Notes: a model not told the origin generated them from the sequence alone. DNA of 64,000 nucleotides from an uncultured Gammaproteobacteria bacterium (GCA_964640635.1 CAZXFD010000003.1:1149-65148), one strand, 5' to 3'. Counted from the first letter of the stretch, positions 39,293 through 48,967 are shown. A program made the numbers and translations.

Positions 39293-39660
39293 AAAAACAT
39301 AAAATATTAATTAATATTGCTACAATTATAACATAAGCCTATCTTATTTGAAAAATATAAAATCCAAGAAATATCATATACTTGAATCTCCACTATACTA
39401 AATTGTCTGCCCTTCAATTCAGTCGCTCAGCTCCTTCACTCAGGACATTCGATGTCTATCATTTTAAAATGTAAATGCGGTCGAAGACCATCTTTCGACA
39501 ATGAGTCTCAAGACCGAATGGTGAACGAAGTTCTACAAAGCGGAACGAAATCGAATGGCGCTGGGGCAGAGCCCCACACAATTTCACTCCGTTCAATTTG
39601 CGGGGTAAAATTCGAACTTAAATTGATTCATTAACTAACAATTACACTAAATCCAAAAAA

Positions 39661-39700
39661 ACCTGTGGCGGAGTTTCCGGGATTCGAACATCCTCGTGCT
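39661..39700 (-). pseudogene. tRNA 3'-end-like relic (acceptor 3' strand + degenerate T-arm)
   Basis: TGGCGGAG....GGGATTCGAAC parallels the 3' end of the tRNA-Ser at 41142 (TGGCGGAG....GGGATTTGAAC), but it cannot fold into a cloverleaf and lacks a 5' half. Confidence 0.4.
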
Positions 39701-39804
39701 AGCTCTAAGACCCTATTAAATAAGTTTTTTTATTATATATATTTAATTTATGGCTCTATTCCATAAATAGCAAAAATAGTTTTGTTATTTCAAATAAGAA
39801 TTTG

Positions 39805-40386
39805 CTAATCAACTTGAATAAACGTTCTTCCATCAGGTGTTGCACATTTAGGTGGATTGGATTTCATAATAGAAAATCCAGCCCTAATACAATCGTCAAA
39901 ATCTATAATTGTAGCTAAGAGTTCGCTACATCTCTCATGACTAGTTATATCACTTTTAGGCAGACATTCTCTTAGTTCGTTGAGGATATTATTTTCATTA
40001 TTTTTGATTTCTTCAGTAATGTTCCAAAGTGAATAAGATCGTGAATAATATTTATGTGTGACTATAACTCTATTCAAATTATCTTTTATGAAAAAATAAC
40101 TAGACCCCATTTGTTCCGTAAAATCATAGCCATTATCTTTCATGAAATTTTTAATAACATTTTGACCATTTTTACTCTTGGTCATGTATCTATTTTCTTT
40201 ACTAGATAACTTAACTATAGTTTTGCTTGTAAAATTCAATTGAGTTATCCCTTTCATCTGTGGCCATGGATTGCCCTCCTGAAAGATTATTGAAGAGTAT
40301 AAAAATAAAAAAGCACCCATAACTAAAATAGCTGTAAAGATAAACAACAATATTTTTTTCTTTTTCGATAAATGTTCTAAAATCAT
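39805..40386 (-). CDS. hypothetical membrane-anchored protein (193 aa)
   Basis: N-terminal TM helix. Confidence 0.4.
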   Translation of the reverse strand: MILEHLSKKKKILLFIFTAILVMGAFLFLYSSIIFQEGNPWPQMKGITQLNFTSKTIVKLSSKENRYMTKSKNGQNVIKNFMKDNGYDFTEQMGSSYFFIKDNLNRVIVTHKYYSRSYSLWNITEEIKNNENNILNELRECLPKSDITSHERCSELLATIIDFDDCIRAGFSIMKSNPPKCATPDGRTFIQVD

Positions 40387-40397
40387 AAAATTAAATT

Positions 40398-40592
40398 TTA
40401 TTTATCAAAAATAAATAACTTATCTATGCTTGTTTTGAGTGATTTGGCGACATCATGAGCTAGATTAAGTGATGGGTTATATTTGCCCTGTTCGAGAAAG
40501 ATAATAGTCTCACGCCTAACTCCAGCTTTCTGGGCTAATTCTTCTTGAGTAATACCTAATTTTATTCGTAAATCTTTAATTTTATTTTTCAT
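40398..40592 (-). CDS. XRE-family helix-turn-helix transcriptional regulator
   Basis: [31 protein letters not shown] is a classic Cro/C1 HTH; 64 aa. Confidence 0.8.
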   Translation of the reverse strand: MKNKIKDLRIKLGITQEELAQKAGVRRETIIFLEQGKYNPSLNLAHDVAKSLKTSIDKLFIFDK

Positions 40593-40974
40593 TACTATGA
40601 TTATGTTTACTATAATACTTAAAAATAATTGAATATGTCAACATTAAAAAACAGATAAAAAAAGCAAGTGTCATTGCTATTGGTTTATAAAATAAGTTTT
40701 TATCACTAAGAGCATAAAATATAAACATAACAATAACGCCAACCCAAGAAGTTAATTGAATAGCAAGCAATGCTGATTTTCCTCCAATTTGATAATCCCT
40801 TTCATCTGCTATTACATCTATAACTTTTTTTCTTAAATAAAAAAGAATCAAAGATGATATGCCTAAGACCATAATTGGTATAAAAAAATTGTGTAAAACT
40901 AGAGATTGGCTAAAGATTAAAGCAGTCATAAAAACTATACCCAACCTTATTCTATTGTATTTTTTAAGAGTCAT
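40582..40974 (-). CDS. small membrane protein overlapping the XRE gene (DUF2975-like partner)
   Basis: 4 TM helices; 11-nt overlap with the downstream XRE gene, the typical two-gene module arrangement. Confidence 0.45.
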   Translation of the reverse strand: MTLKKYNRIRLGIVFMTALIFSQSLVLHNFFIPIMVLGISSLILFYLRKKVIDVIADERDYQIGGKSALLAIQLTSWVGVIVMFIFYALSDKNLFYKPIAMTLAFFICFLMLTYSIIFKYYSKHNHSNEK

Positions 40975-41141
40975 ATAATTTATTAATTATTTATAACTAT
41001 CTTTAATGTTAGAAAAATATAACATCGTTGTCAAGTGTGGATAAGTAAACAAAAAAATCGTCTTTCTAAAATGACGATTTGTAAATGTCTAGTATTAGCT
41101 ATAAAACCCCATAAAATAAGGGTCATCGTGCTATCACGAGG

Positions 41142-41229
41142 TGGCGGAGAGATAGGGATTTGAACCCTAGAGGGATTGCTCCCAAACGGTTTTCGAGACC
41201 GTCGCTTTAGACCACTCAGCCATCTCTCC
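41142..41229 (-). tRNA. tRNA-Ser (anticodon CGA), CCA encoded
   Basis: Minus-strand sequence GGAGAGATGGCTGAGTGGTCTAAAGCGACGGTCTCGAAAACCGTTTGGGAGCAATCCCTCTAGGGTTCAAATCCCTATCTCTCCGCCA: 7-bp acceptor stem, long variable arm, T-arm TAGGG-TTCAAAT-CCCTA, anticodon loop cTCGAaa. Confidence 0.85.
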
Positions 41230-41364
41230 AATCCTATTTCTATTAATCAATTACATAATTATTCAATTAATTCATTAGCCACCCCACCACATATCCTATA
41301 TTCTATATTCTATATTCTATTTAAGTTTTTGTAAAATAATAAAACATGCTATAATAAATATACC

Positions 41365-41558
41365 TGCTAATGAATATATCCTCCTTACGCCACAACTTCA
41401 ATAATCAGGTTGTATTTCGCGGAAAACCCCGCAACCAACAATGTTCAACCCGAAGCAATAATACCTTTGCTTCACACAATCCTACTCCTACGCCTGCTCA
41501 TATCCCGAATGAACACAAAGAGGGATCAGAAATACTCTGTATCCCTCTCTTTTTTTAT
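41365..41558 (+). ncRNA. candidate small RNA (about 190 nt) with terminator
   Basis: Possible -10 TATAAT at 41351-41356; the GC-richer segment has hairpins (gcgg..ccgc; gaagcaa..ttgcttc) and ends in the terminator agagggat..atccctct + T9 (41519-41558). No credible ORF. Confidence 0.35.
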
Positions 41559-41667
41559 TCAAAAAAATCAAGTTTCAAAACCCGATTTTAAAATTTGCAC
41601 TTCAAACTTAACATTATTCCATCTAATTCTTACTTCAAACTTCATACTTCATACTTCATACTTCACA

Positions 41668-42600
41668 CTATATCCACTTATTCTTCACAAAAATATAAAA
41701 CGCACTCGCCGATATAATGAGAGTTATAAATATTACATAAACAAATGCCATTGGATTAGATGCAAATGGAATTCCAACATTCATACCAAAAAAAGATGAT
41801 ATTGTTGTAGGAATTGTCATGATAATAGTAAATGCCGTAAGAAACTGAATTGTCTTGTTTAATCTATTTGTAAAAATTATCTGATGAGATTCACGCAAAC
41901 TTTGAATACTTTTTATATTTACATTACAAACATCAACGCACTGCTTCATAGTAATTGAAACATCTTGAAATAAATCCGAATCATCTTCATAAAGTGGAAT
42001 ATATGAACCATTTGAAAGCGCGTCTAAAACATTTTTCATTGGAACAAGGGCTGAAATATATTGATTTAATATTTCTTCATTTTCTACTAATTTTGAAATA
42101 TCAGAATCTTTTATATTCTTCAAATTTGTTTTCTGAGACAACACCGTATTCCTAACGCTTTTTATTTCTTTATTAAATCTCTGAGAAATCTTTAGGAGTA
42201 TATAAATAAGTAACTTGCTTCTCTGCGTTGTTGAATATCCTATGCTCTTTTTAAAAATACTTGATATCGTTCTACTCTTTGTAATAGAAGATGTAATAAA
42301 ATATTTATCATTTATAATAATAGTGAGCGGATGAGTATGTAAAAGATCTTCTTCTTTATCACTTTTTCTTGGGCTTCTAATAAATATTATTGTATTATTA
42401 CCCTCTTGCCTTTCTATACGAGGAAGTTCGTGTGGATCAAGAGAATCTTCTAAATCTTGTTTATTAAGCCCCGTTATTTTTGCAACAAAATCCAAATCTT
42501 CTTCTTCAGCATCTTCTATATTTATCCAAGCACCATCTCTCACTTCTTTTATTTTTTTGAAGTCTTTACTTTTTGCTGGCTTGAAATAAATATTTATCAT
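41668..42600 (-). CDS. corA: CorA-family magnesium/cobalt transporter
   Basis: C-terminal two TM helices with FGMNVG (GMN motif). Confidence 0.8.
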   Translation of the reverse strand: MINIYFKPAKSKDFKKIKEVRDGAWINIEDAEEEDLDFVAKITGLNKQDLEDSLDPHELPRIERQEGNNTIIFIRSPRKSDKEEDLLHTHPLTIIINDKYFITSSITKSRTISSIFKKSIGYSTTQRSKLLIYILLKISQRFNKEIKSVRNTVLSQKTNLKNIKDSDISKLVENEEILNQYISALVPMKNVLDALSNGSYIPLYEDDSDLFQDVSITMKQCVDVCNVNIKSIQSLRESHQIIFTNRLNKTIQFLTAFTIIMTIPTTISSFFGMNVGIPFASNPMAFVYVIFITLIISASAFYIFVKNKWI

Positions 42601-42604
42601 AATT

Positions 42605-44830
42605 TTATTGAACGTTTATAGAAAAATGTCTTGATAATTGTTTGTCTATCAAAACTTCTTTATAATTAGATCCATACTCTAATTGAAAATAAATAGGGTA
42701 TTGTTTTTTTGCTGTTGGTGCTTTTAGCTTAAATGTAAACGTATATTGCTCTCCTGGTTTTACAATACCACTTACCTTACTTATTGCCATAGGAGAAATC
42801 CAGCTATTATCATAAAAATAGCTTGCTGAAAAAGGCATTGTACTTTTATAAGATCTAAGAACAAAGCTATTATCCCAATTTTCTGTTCCTGTATTTTTCA
42901 AAATCACCGTAACCATCTTTGTCTCTAGTGAGCTCATGCTCGTTGGTATGCTTGCAGCAACAAGCTCTGCAGCTTGTGCGCTAGCACTTGTTTGTGTATT
43001 AGTTACTACATTAGTGCCTTGAGTAGACACACTTGTGCCAATCGCATTCTTGTTTACGTCAATAATAAATTTCTTTGAAAGAGTATCGTCTATAATTATT
43101 TCTTCATATTTCTTTCCCCACTCTAATTGTAAATACAAATTATATTTTCCTACTTTTGTAGGTGCCTTTATTCTAAAAGTAAATGAATATTCCTCTCCCG
43201 GACTGACAACTCCATCTATCTTATCTGCTACATAAATACTTTCCCAACTAGAATCTCTAAAAATACTCTTATAAAATGGGCTTATTTTATCGTATGCTCT
43301 CAAAACTAAATTCTTATCCCATTTTTGACTTCCAACATTTTTTAGTTTTATAGTTATTGTTTTTGTTTCTCCTGGCTTCATGCTACTTGGAATGTCATTG
43401 TTTATTGTTTGGGCACCAAGCTTTACAGAAACAGAAACATTTCCATCGTAATCGCCAGAGGAAAATTTATTTAATTGTTTTGTATTTATTTGTTTGTATA
43501 ATGATAAAGAATACTTACGAGATCCAACACTTTTTGGGATATCTGAAAATACAAAGCTGGCAGTAGCACCTGGAGCAACTTTAGAGTTAATCATAGACGC
43601 ATAATGCTCCTTATTATCTAGATCTACCCATTTTAATTTTGTATCATTTTTATTCCATGTTACTGTGCCAATATTTTTGTATTTGACTGTAAATGTGTGT
43701 TTTTTTAATAGCTCTAAATTAGCATCTATCCCGCCTACATACTCACCTTCATACTTAAATTGTCTTGTTACCGTAAAATTTACACCACCGTCTGCAAACC
43801 AACCCTTATTTCCTAAAACAAGCATATAACTTAATGACTCTGTTTTATTATAATTTGGCTCAATAGGTATAGTAATTCTAAGCACCTCTCCTGGCTTTAC
43901 GCTTGTTTTTTGAGAATAAACTTTTACATCTTTTGCTATTTCTGGAGTTATTGCAAAAGCACTCGTCTGATTTATCATTGGAATGTTTGGTTTGTAGTTC
44001 GAACTAAGTATATACAAATTTTTTAAATCTTCATTATTCCAAGTTTCTGTTCCAATATTCAAATATTCTGCCCAAAAGTATCCTGTTTCTCCTTCTTTTA
44101 TAGTTAAATTTTTCTCTTCTGTATTTATAAGCTGTGCCATATATCCAGTATAGATACTTGCGCTAGTATCACGAGCAGATGAAAGTGGATCACCAAAATA
44201 TCTTTGCCATATAAGCCAAAAAGTATAATTACCATGGAAATGTGGAGTATATGTATATAGGTTTGCGGTTGCTTGAGTTTCAAAAACAACAGTTTCCCCA
44301 TCTATTGTATATGTTTTTCCTGCTCTTTTTATAAAATCATAAATACTATTTTTATCAGAATAGAATCTCATTGCTCCTGCTGTATTGTCCATTTGTTTTC
44401 CAAAGCCTTTGTATTTCTGAATTTTTGGATCATCCATAGAACAAGAATCACAAACTGCATATCCAGCTGCCCAATCAAGTCTTTTTTGTGTAGGACTTTG
44501 CATTTGAATAAGTCCTTGTTCTTTTTGCAAAGTTACAAGAATATATTTTGGATTTACTTGATAACGTTGTGCTGCATCATAAATAATTTCAGCTGAAGTT
44601 TTCATAACACCTTGATAATCTGGACTTATGTATGTTGCAAGATATGAATTTTTGCTTTGCAAAAAACTCTGAATCTGAGAAACATTCATTGAATTGTAAT
44701 CAAACATCTGAAAATCTGAGATAATTCTTCCTTTTGCAAAATCAGGATCATATTCTTGAGAATTAATCTTATCTGCAAAAAAATAAGCGCCGATTAGTAA
44801 CAAAAAAATTGTAAAAAGTATTTTTTTCAT
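42605..44830 (-). CDS. secreted multidomain protein: N-terminal putative peptidoglycan/glycan-hydrolase-like domain + four Ig-like (CARDB/NBR1-like) repeats
   Basis: Signal peptide; N-terminal domain with LQKEQGLI...RLDWAAGYA; repeats of ..K/LKN.G...W.... of about 100 aa. Assignment by resemblance only. Confidence 0.5.
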   Translation of the reverse strand: MKKILFTIFLLLIGAYFFADKINSQEYDPDFAKGRIISDFQMFDYNSMNVSQIQSFLQSKNSYLATYISPDYQGVMKTSAEIIYDAAQRYQVNPKYILVTLQKEQGLIQMQSPTQKRLDWAAGYAVCDSCSMDDPKIQKYKGFGKQMDNTAGAMRFYSDKNSIYDFIKRAGKTYTIDGETVVFETQATANLYTYTPHFHGNYTFWLIWQRYFGDPLSSARDTSASIYTGYMAQLINTEEKNLTIKEGETGYFWAEYLNIGTETWNNEDLKNLYILSSNYKPNIPMINQTSAFAITPEIAKDVKVYSQKTSVKPGEVLRITIPIEPNYNKTESLSYMLVLGNKGWFADGGVNFTVTRQFKYEGEYVGGIDANLELLKKHTFTVKYKNIGTVTWNKNDTKLKWVDLDNKEHYASMINSKVAPGATASFVFSDIPKSVGSRKYSLSLYKQINTKQLNKFSSGDYDGNVSVSVKLGAQTINNDIPSSMKPGETKTITIKLKNVGSQKWDKNLVLRAYDKISPFYKSIFRDSSWESIYVADKIDGVVSPGEEYSFTFRIKAPTKVGKYNLYLQLEWGKKYEEIIIDDTLSKKFIIDVNKNAIGTSVSTQGTNVVTNTQTSASAQAAELVAASIPTSMSSLETKMVTVILKNTGTENWDNSFVLRSYKSTMPFSASYFYDNSWISPMAISKVSGIVKPGEQYTFTFKLKAPTAKKQYPIYFQLEYGSNYKEVLIDKQLSRHFSINVQ

Positions 44831-44860
44831 TGATTGTATTATAGCAGACTTTGGCCTATC

Positions 44861-44988
44861 AAAAAACCCTCCCCCACACTTAGAAAAATTTCATCTGATT
44901 AAATATTATTATATTAAAAAACACGGCCTTTTTAATAAACCGTGTTTTATTTTGATAAATCTTTTCTAAGGGTGGGGGATTATTTAAT
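44861..44988. repeat. inverted-repeat element: C-rich arm / terminator hairpin / G-rich arm (copy 2)
   Basis: AAAAAACCCTCCCCCACACTTAGAAAAA (44861-44888) pairs with TTTCTAAGGGTGGGGGATTATTT (44962-44988, reverse complement with 2-3 mismatches). They enclose the terminator acacgg..ccgtgt + T8 (44921-44953). Confidence 0.55.
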
Positions 44989-45816
44989 TTTGTAGCTCAA
45001 GTTTGTCTCAACTAATACTTCATAAGTTCCTGTTGGAATGTTTGGCGTGACACTTCCTCCTGCACCCATACCACCCTTGCCATAATCAGAGTAAACTGCT
45101 TCTGATACTGGAGAAATATAATTTTCCCACATTCCTACTATTTTTCCTAGCTTTACTCCAAGTGACTTTTCAATCTCTTTCGATTTTTCTTTTGCATTTA
45201 GTATTGCCTTAACACGAGCTTCTTGTTTTAAATTATCAATATTAGAATTTTCAAAAACAACTCCACTTATTTGATTAGCACCTGCTTTTGTTGCCTCTGA
45301 AATAACCTTTGAAATTAAATCTTGATTATTTTGAATATCCTTTACCTTTATCACAATACTTTCATTTGCATTATACCCACTTACCTTTGAAATATTATTT
45401 ACATAATCATAGTTTGCATAAAGATTATAATTCTGTGTTTTGATATCTTCTTTGAGAATGCCAAGTTTTGTAACAGCTTCAATAATTTTGTTTGTTTTAT
45501 TATTCAATTGATTTAGTGCATCTTCTGCTTTTGCAACTTTATCAATTTGAACACCTAGTGTTATGTTTGCTGTATCTGGCTCATAGGAAATTCTTCCTTG
45601 CCCTACAACAGAAATCTGAAATTGATTTTGATTTACAATCCTATCTCGCAGTATTGATACAATAACAATTGCACCAAGCACTATAATTGCAAAAAAGACT
45701 AATGCAATTTTTACTTTTTTCCTACAACCAGACTCAGATCCACATCCACAATCACAATTAGAATCACATTTACAATTATCTCCGCACTCACACTCCATTT
45801 TTTTTATTTCTTCCAT
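44980..45816 (-). CDS. SIMPL/DUF541-family protein with metallothionein-like Cys-rich N-terminal tail and TM anchor
   Basis: N-terminus MECECGDNCKCDSNCDCGCGSESGC (11 Cys in 25 aa), then a TM helix, then a SIMPL-like domain (ISVVGQGRISYEPDTANITLGV...). Confidence 0.65.
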   Translation of the reverse strand: MEEIKKMECECGDNCKCDSNCDCGCGSESGCRKKVKIALVFFAIIVLGAIVIVSILRDRIVNQNQFQISVVGQGRISYEPDTANITLGVQIDKVAKAEDALNQLNNKTNKIIEAVTKLGILKEDIKTQNYNLYANYDYVNNISKVSGYNANESIVIKVKDIQNNQDLISKVISEATKAGANQISGVVFENSNIDNLKQEARVKAILNAKEKSKEIEKSLGVKLGKIVGMWENYISPVSEAVYSDYGKGGMGAGGSVTPNIPTGTYEVLVETNLSYKIK

Positions 45817-46093
45817 AATATTAGTTTCATAGCTAGATAGCTTCGTAGCTTCGTAGCTAATATTAATTATTAGTTCATTATATAGCTATTATAGCAGAAA
45901 ATATAACATCATACACCCTTGAAGCCATAAAAAGCCTTGTTAAGCCAATATTAAGATGTTTAACTATATTTTAAACCTATAAAGTGATTATTCATATTAT
46001 AAAAAACTACAAGACTAAGTAGCTTTAATAAAATACTAAATTCTAAACAATATCTAAATCCTAAATTATAAATTACAAACTATTTGAAAAATT

Positions 46094-46203
46094 AAAAAAT
46101 CAGTGTTCGAGTTGTATCGAGAACCTGATTTTTTTATTTAACCTAATTTATCAGCTTCTCGACTCCACCCATTCGACAAGCTCAGGGTTTCGCTCGAAGA
46201 CTG
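46094..46203. repeat. about 100-bp repeated intergenic element, copy A (terminator hairpin + GC-rich module)
   Basis: aaaaaatcagtgttcgag(t)tatcgagaacctgattttttta...cagcttctcgactcca...gctcgaagactga matches copy B (62514-62604) at about 85-90% identity. Confidence 0.7.
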
Positions 46204-46211
46204 AATGACAA

Positions 46212-47552
46212 CTATTTATTCTCTCTAGCTACGTTGTCCTCTCTTCCAAGCACAATTGCCCCCACAAACACCGTCCACCATACAATACTCAAATCATTCT
46301 TAAAATATGGCGCCTCAACAATTCCTTGAATAATTATTGCGAGCATTGTAAGAAGTATAAAAATTTGATCCCTTGACCCGCTAAAATATTTTGTAATTGT
46401 AAATCTTATTAAGTTTACAGTAAGCCACAGAAATCCTAGCATTCCAAACAATCCAAGAGATACATAAAAATTCATAAATATCGAATGAGGATACAAAAAT
46501 ATTTCTATATAATCATATTTATGATACTTGATTGAATCATTTTGAAATCCGTTTAATCCTGAAGCAAAAAATGATTTCTCTTTTAGCAATTGCTTTGTCT
46601 CATCATACATATTTCGTCTAATCTGACCTGACAAATCTTGAAGTAATAATTTTTCTTTTATTGAATAATTTTTACTGCCTGGCACATCAACGGTTTGTGG
46701 AGACTTAATAACATAAGGAAATAAAAGCGAAACCAAAATTATAGAAAAAGATACAAAATAAAAAAACTTTTTATTATTTATTAACTTAAAACATGCAAAT
46801 ATAAGAAGTCCAGATATCATTGCAATAATAGCGCTTTCTGATTTTGACCAAAACACAGTTATAAATGCTGTCAAAAATACCAAGACATTAAATACTTTCA
46901 AATATAATTTTTTATCCTGTAGTAAATTCAATAAGTTGAGGAAAAATATAGGAACAAGTATGAGTCCATTTGCGTTTGGATAGCCAAAAAAACTTATCAC
47001 ACGATTGTCCTCTATAATTCCTGTTGTGCTAAATGTAAAATTTCCTGTCAACTTTTGATAAAGTGATAAAATAAAAATTAATATACCCAAAACCCCCAAT
47101 GAATATACAATTTTCTTAAATTGCTTTTTATCTTTTATAGCACTTACCACAACAACAAACAAAAACAAGCTTTCTAAAAAGTATGACTTAAAAAGTCCTA
47201 GTGCCTTAGTCGTATCATACGAGACTAAAACTGAAATAAAGGCGCTAATCAATATTAGTATTATTGGCCACTTAAAATTTCCAAAAATATTTTGACCCAT
47301 TATAGTCTCTTTTGGTCTAGAAAATAAACCCTTTAAAGACAAAGCAATATTTCTAAAATTTCTAATAAACCACACAAAAACAATAATCCAAATAAATGCC
47401 GACAATAAATTCATTGGAAACCCTAAAATTCCAAATTGCACTCTATATGTAGGAAGTAATATAAAAATAAAATATAGGGCAAAATTGAAATTTTTCAAGG
47501 CAAAAAATAAATATAGTGAGAGAATTAGAATAATAAGTATACTAAGTGTCAT
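46212..47552 (-). CDS. O-antigen ligase/polymerase-like polytopic membrane protein
   Basis: About 12 TM helices; 11-nt overlap with the upstream flippase gene (operon). Confidence 0.5.
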   Translation of the reverse strand: MTLSILIILILSLYLFFALKNFNFALYFIFILLPTYRVQFGILGFPMNLLSAFIWIIVFVWFIRNFRNIALSLKGLFSRPKETIMGQNIFGNFKWPIILILISAFISVLVSYDTTKALGLFKSYFLESLFLFVVVVSAIKDKKQFKKIVYSLGVLGILIFILSLYQKLTGNFTFSTTGIIEDNRVISFFGYPNANGLILVPIFFLNLLNLLQDKKLYLKVFNVLVFLTAFITVFWSKSESAIIAMISGLLIFACFKLINNKKFFYFVSFSIILVSLLFPYVIKSPQTVDVPGSKNYSIKEKLLLQDLSGQIRRNMYDETKQLLKEKSFFASGLNGFQNDSIKYHKYDYIEIFLYPHSIFMNFYVSLGLFGMLGFLWLTVNLIRFTITKYFSGSRDQIFILLTMLAIIIQGIVEAPYFKNDLSIVWWTVFVGAIVLGREDNVARENK

Positions 47553-48966
47553 AGCTTGAACTAATTAATTGTTTAAAAATACTTTTATCAAAAAAGTTTA
47601 ATGCGACAAGTAATAAGCAATAAATAACACCTCCCAAAACAAGCTCTATAAAAAGATTAAACTGAAATTCTTTCAATATCATATAAACAAGAAATGAAAT
47701 TACTGCTATTTTTATAGCAAATGAAAAATTTATTTTCCATTTTACATATTTATAAAGAAGCATATAAGACAAAATCATCATAAAAAGCTCTACAAATAAC
47801 GTCGTATAAGCAGCTCCCATATATGAATATTTTGGAATGAAGATAAAATATGCTATCAAAGAAACCACCGCTGCCATAAAAAAATATTTTATAATCTCTC
47901 TCTGTTTTTCTATTGCTATAATTGCATAATTAAATAATGATCCAAAAAATATTATAGCCGTTGGCCAAATAAGAACCTGTAAGATACCTATTGAATTATA
48001 ATACTTATCCCCTGCTACAAAATTTATAATTCCGCTTGCCTCCGCGCTAAATATGGCTACCATTATAAAGGTTATAAAACAAAAAACATTAAAAAATTTC
48101 TGCATTGTAAAATTGAAGTCCTTTATTTTTGCAGATGCCCAATAAACAGATATTATAGGTAATACTAATCCCAAAATCATATGTGGCAAAGTTGTAATTA
48201 CTTCTAATATTTTATATGGTGCTCCATAATATCCGACATCAGTAGGTGTTTTGAAAATAGACAAAATAATTGTATCTGCTTTAAAATATATTAAATTTAA
48301 AATAGTAGTAACAGCGATTGGCCAAGAAATATGCAATACTTTTTTCCAATAAACCAAATCAATTGTCCAAGAATATGATATATATTTTCTTGAGTATAAA
48401 TACAATATAAACAAAAATATGCTAGAGTTAATATTATTAACACATAAAATAGCAATAATATTAAATTTCATCAAAATAAACAATACTATCAAACTTAAGA
48501 AAAATACTTTCGCAATTACCTCAGCATACACAACTTTATCCATTTTCATTTCCTTTTGAAATATGGCTGAATAAATTTGTATTATACTATTCAAAAAAAA
48601 TGTAAGCGATGTCACAAGAATTCCAATTTTTACATCAGTTGAATATGGAAAAAAGAAAACAAGTATTGGGATAGCGACAAAAAACAAAACACCAGAAACA
48701 ATACGAAGTGTCAGGATATTATTAAAAATATAATTTCTATTCGCATCAATTTTTGAAATTTCTGAAAGAAGCACTAAATATAATCCAAAATCAAAAATAA
48801 TCCCCACAATCTGCAAAAATGATAAAACAGTTGTATACTTTCCAAATCCATCGGGACTTAAATAACGAGCAAGAAAAGCAATGGCCAACACACCTATAAG
48901 GATGTTGGCCGCTTTTCCTATCACCTGAAAAATTGTATTGTAAGCTATTTTTCTTATTGGAAGCAT
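47542..48966 (-). CDS. Wzx-type oligosaccharide flippase (MOP superfamily)
   Basis: 474 aa, 12-14 TM helices; the N-terminal region (NTIFQVIGKAANILIGVLAIAFLARYLSPDGFGKY) is typical of Wzx. Confidence 0.65.
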   Translation of the reverse strand: MLPIRKIAYNTIFQVIGKAANILIGVLAIAFLARYLSPDGFGKYTTVLSFLQIVGIIFDFGLYLVLLSEISKIDANRNYIFNNILTLRIVSGVLFFVAIPILVFFFPYSTDVKIGILVTSLTFFLNSIIQIYSAIFQKEMKMDKVVYAEVIAKVFFLSLIVLFILMKFNIIAILCVNNINSSIFLFILYLYSRKYISYSWTIDLVYWKKVLHISWPIAVTTILNLIYFKADTIILSIFKTPTDVGYYGAPYKILEVITTLPHMILGLVLPIISVYWASAKIKDFNFTMQKFFNVFCFITFIMVAIFSAEASGIINFVAGDKYYNSIGILQVLIWPTAIIFFGSLFNYAIIAIEKQREIIKYFFMAAVVSLIAYFIFIPKYSYMGAAYTTLFVELFMMILSYMLLYKYVKWKINFSFAIKIAVISFLVYMILKEFQFNLFIELVLGGVIYCLLLVALNFFDKSIFKQLISSSYDT

Positions 48967-48967
48967 T

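Noticed and set aside
39452-39634. 60-aa plus-strand ORF (MSIILKCKCGRRPSFDNESQ...)
   Set aside because: It lies in a GC-enriched, hairpin-rich spacer next to the tRNA-like relic; no SD; more likely structured RNA or decayed sequence than a gene.
41031-41231. 66-aa minus-strand ORF (MERWLSGLKRRS...)
   Set aside because: It overlaps the tRNA-Ser gene exactly; this is the classic spurious translation of a tRNA.
41410-41799. 129-aa plus-strand ORF
   Set aside because: It overlaps the corA 3' end antisense and runs through the terminator hairpin; low-complexity translation.
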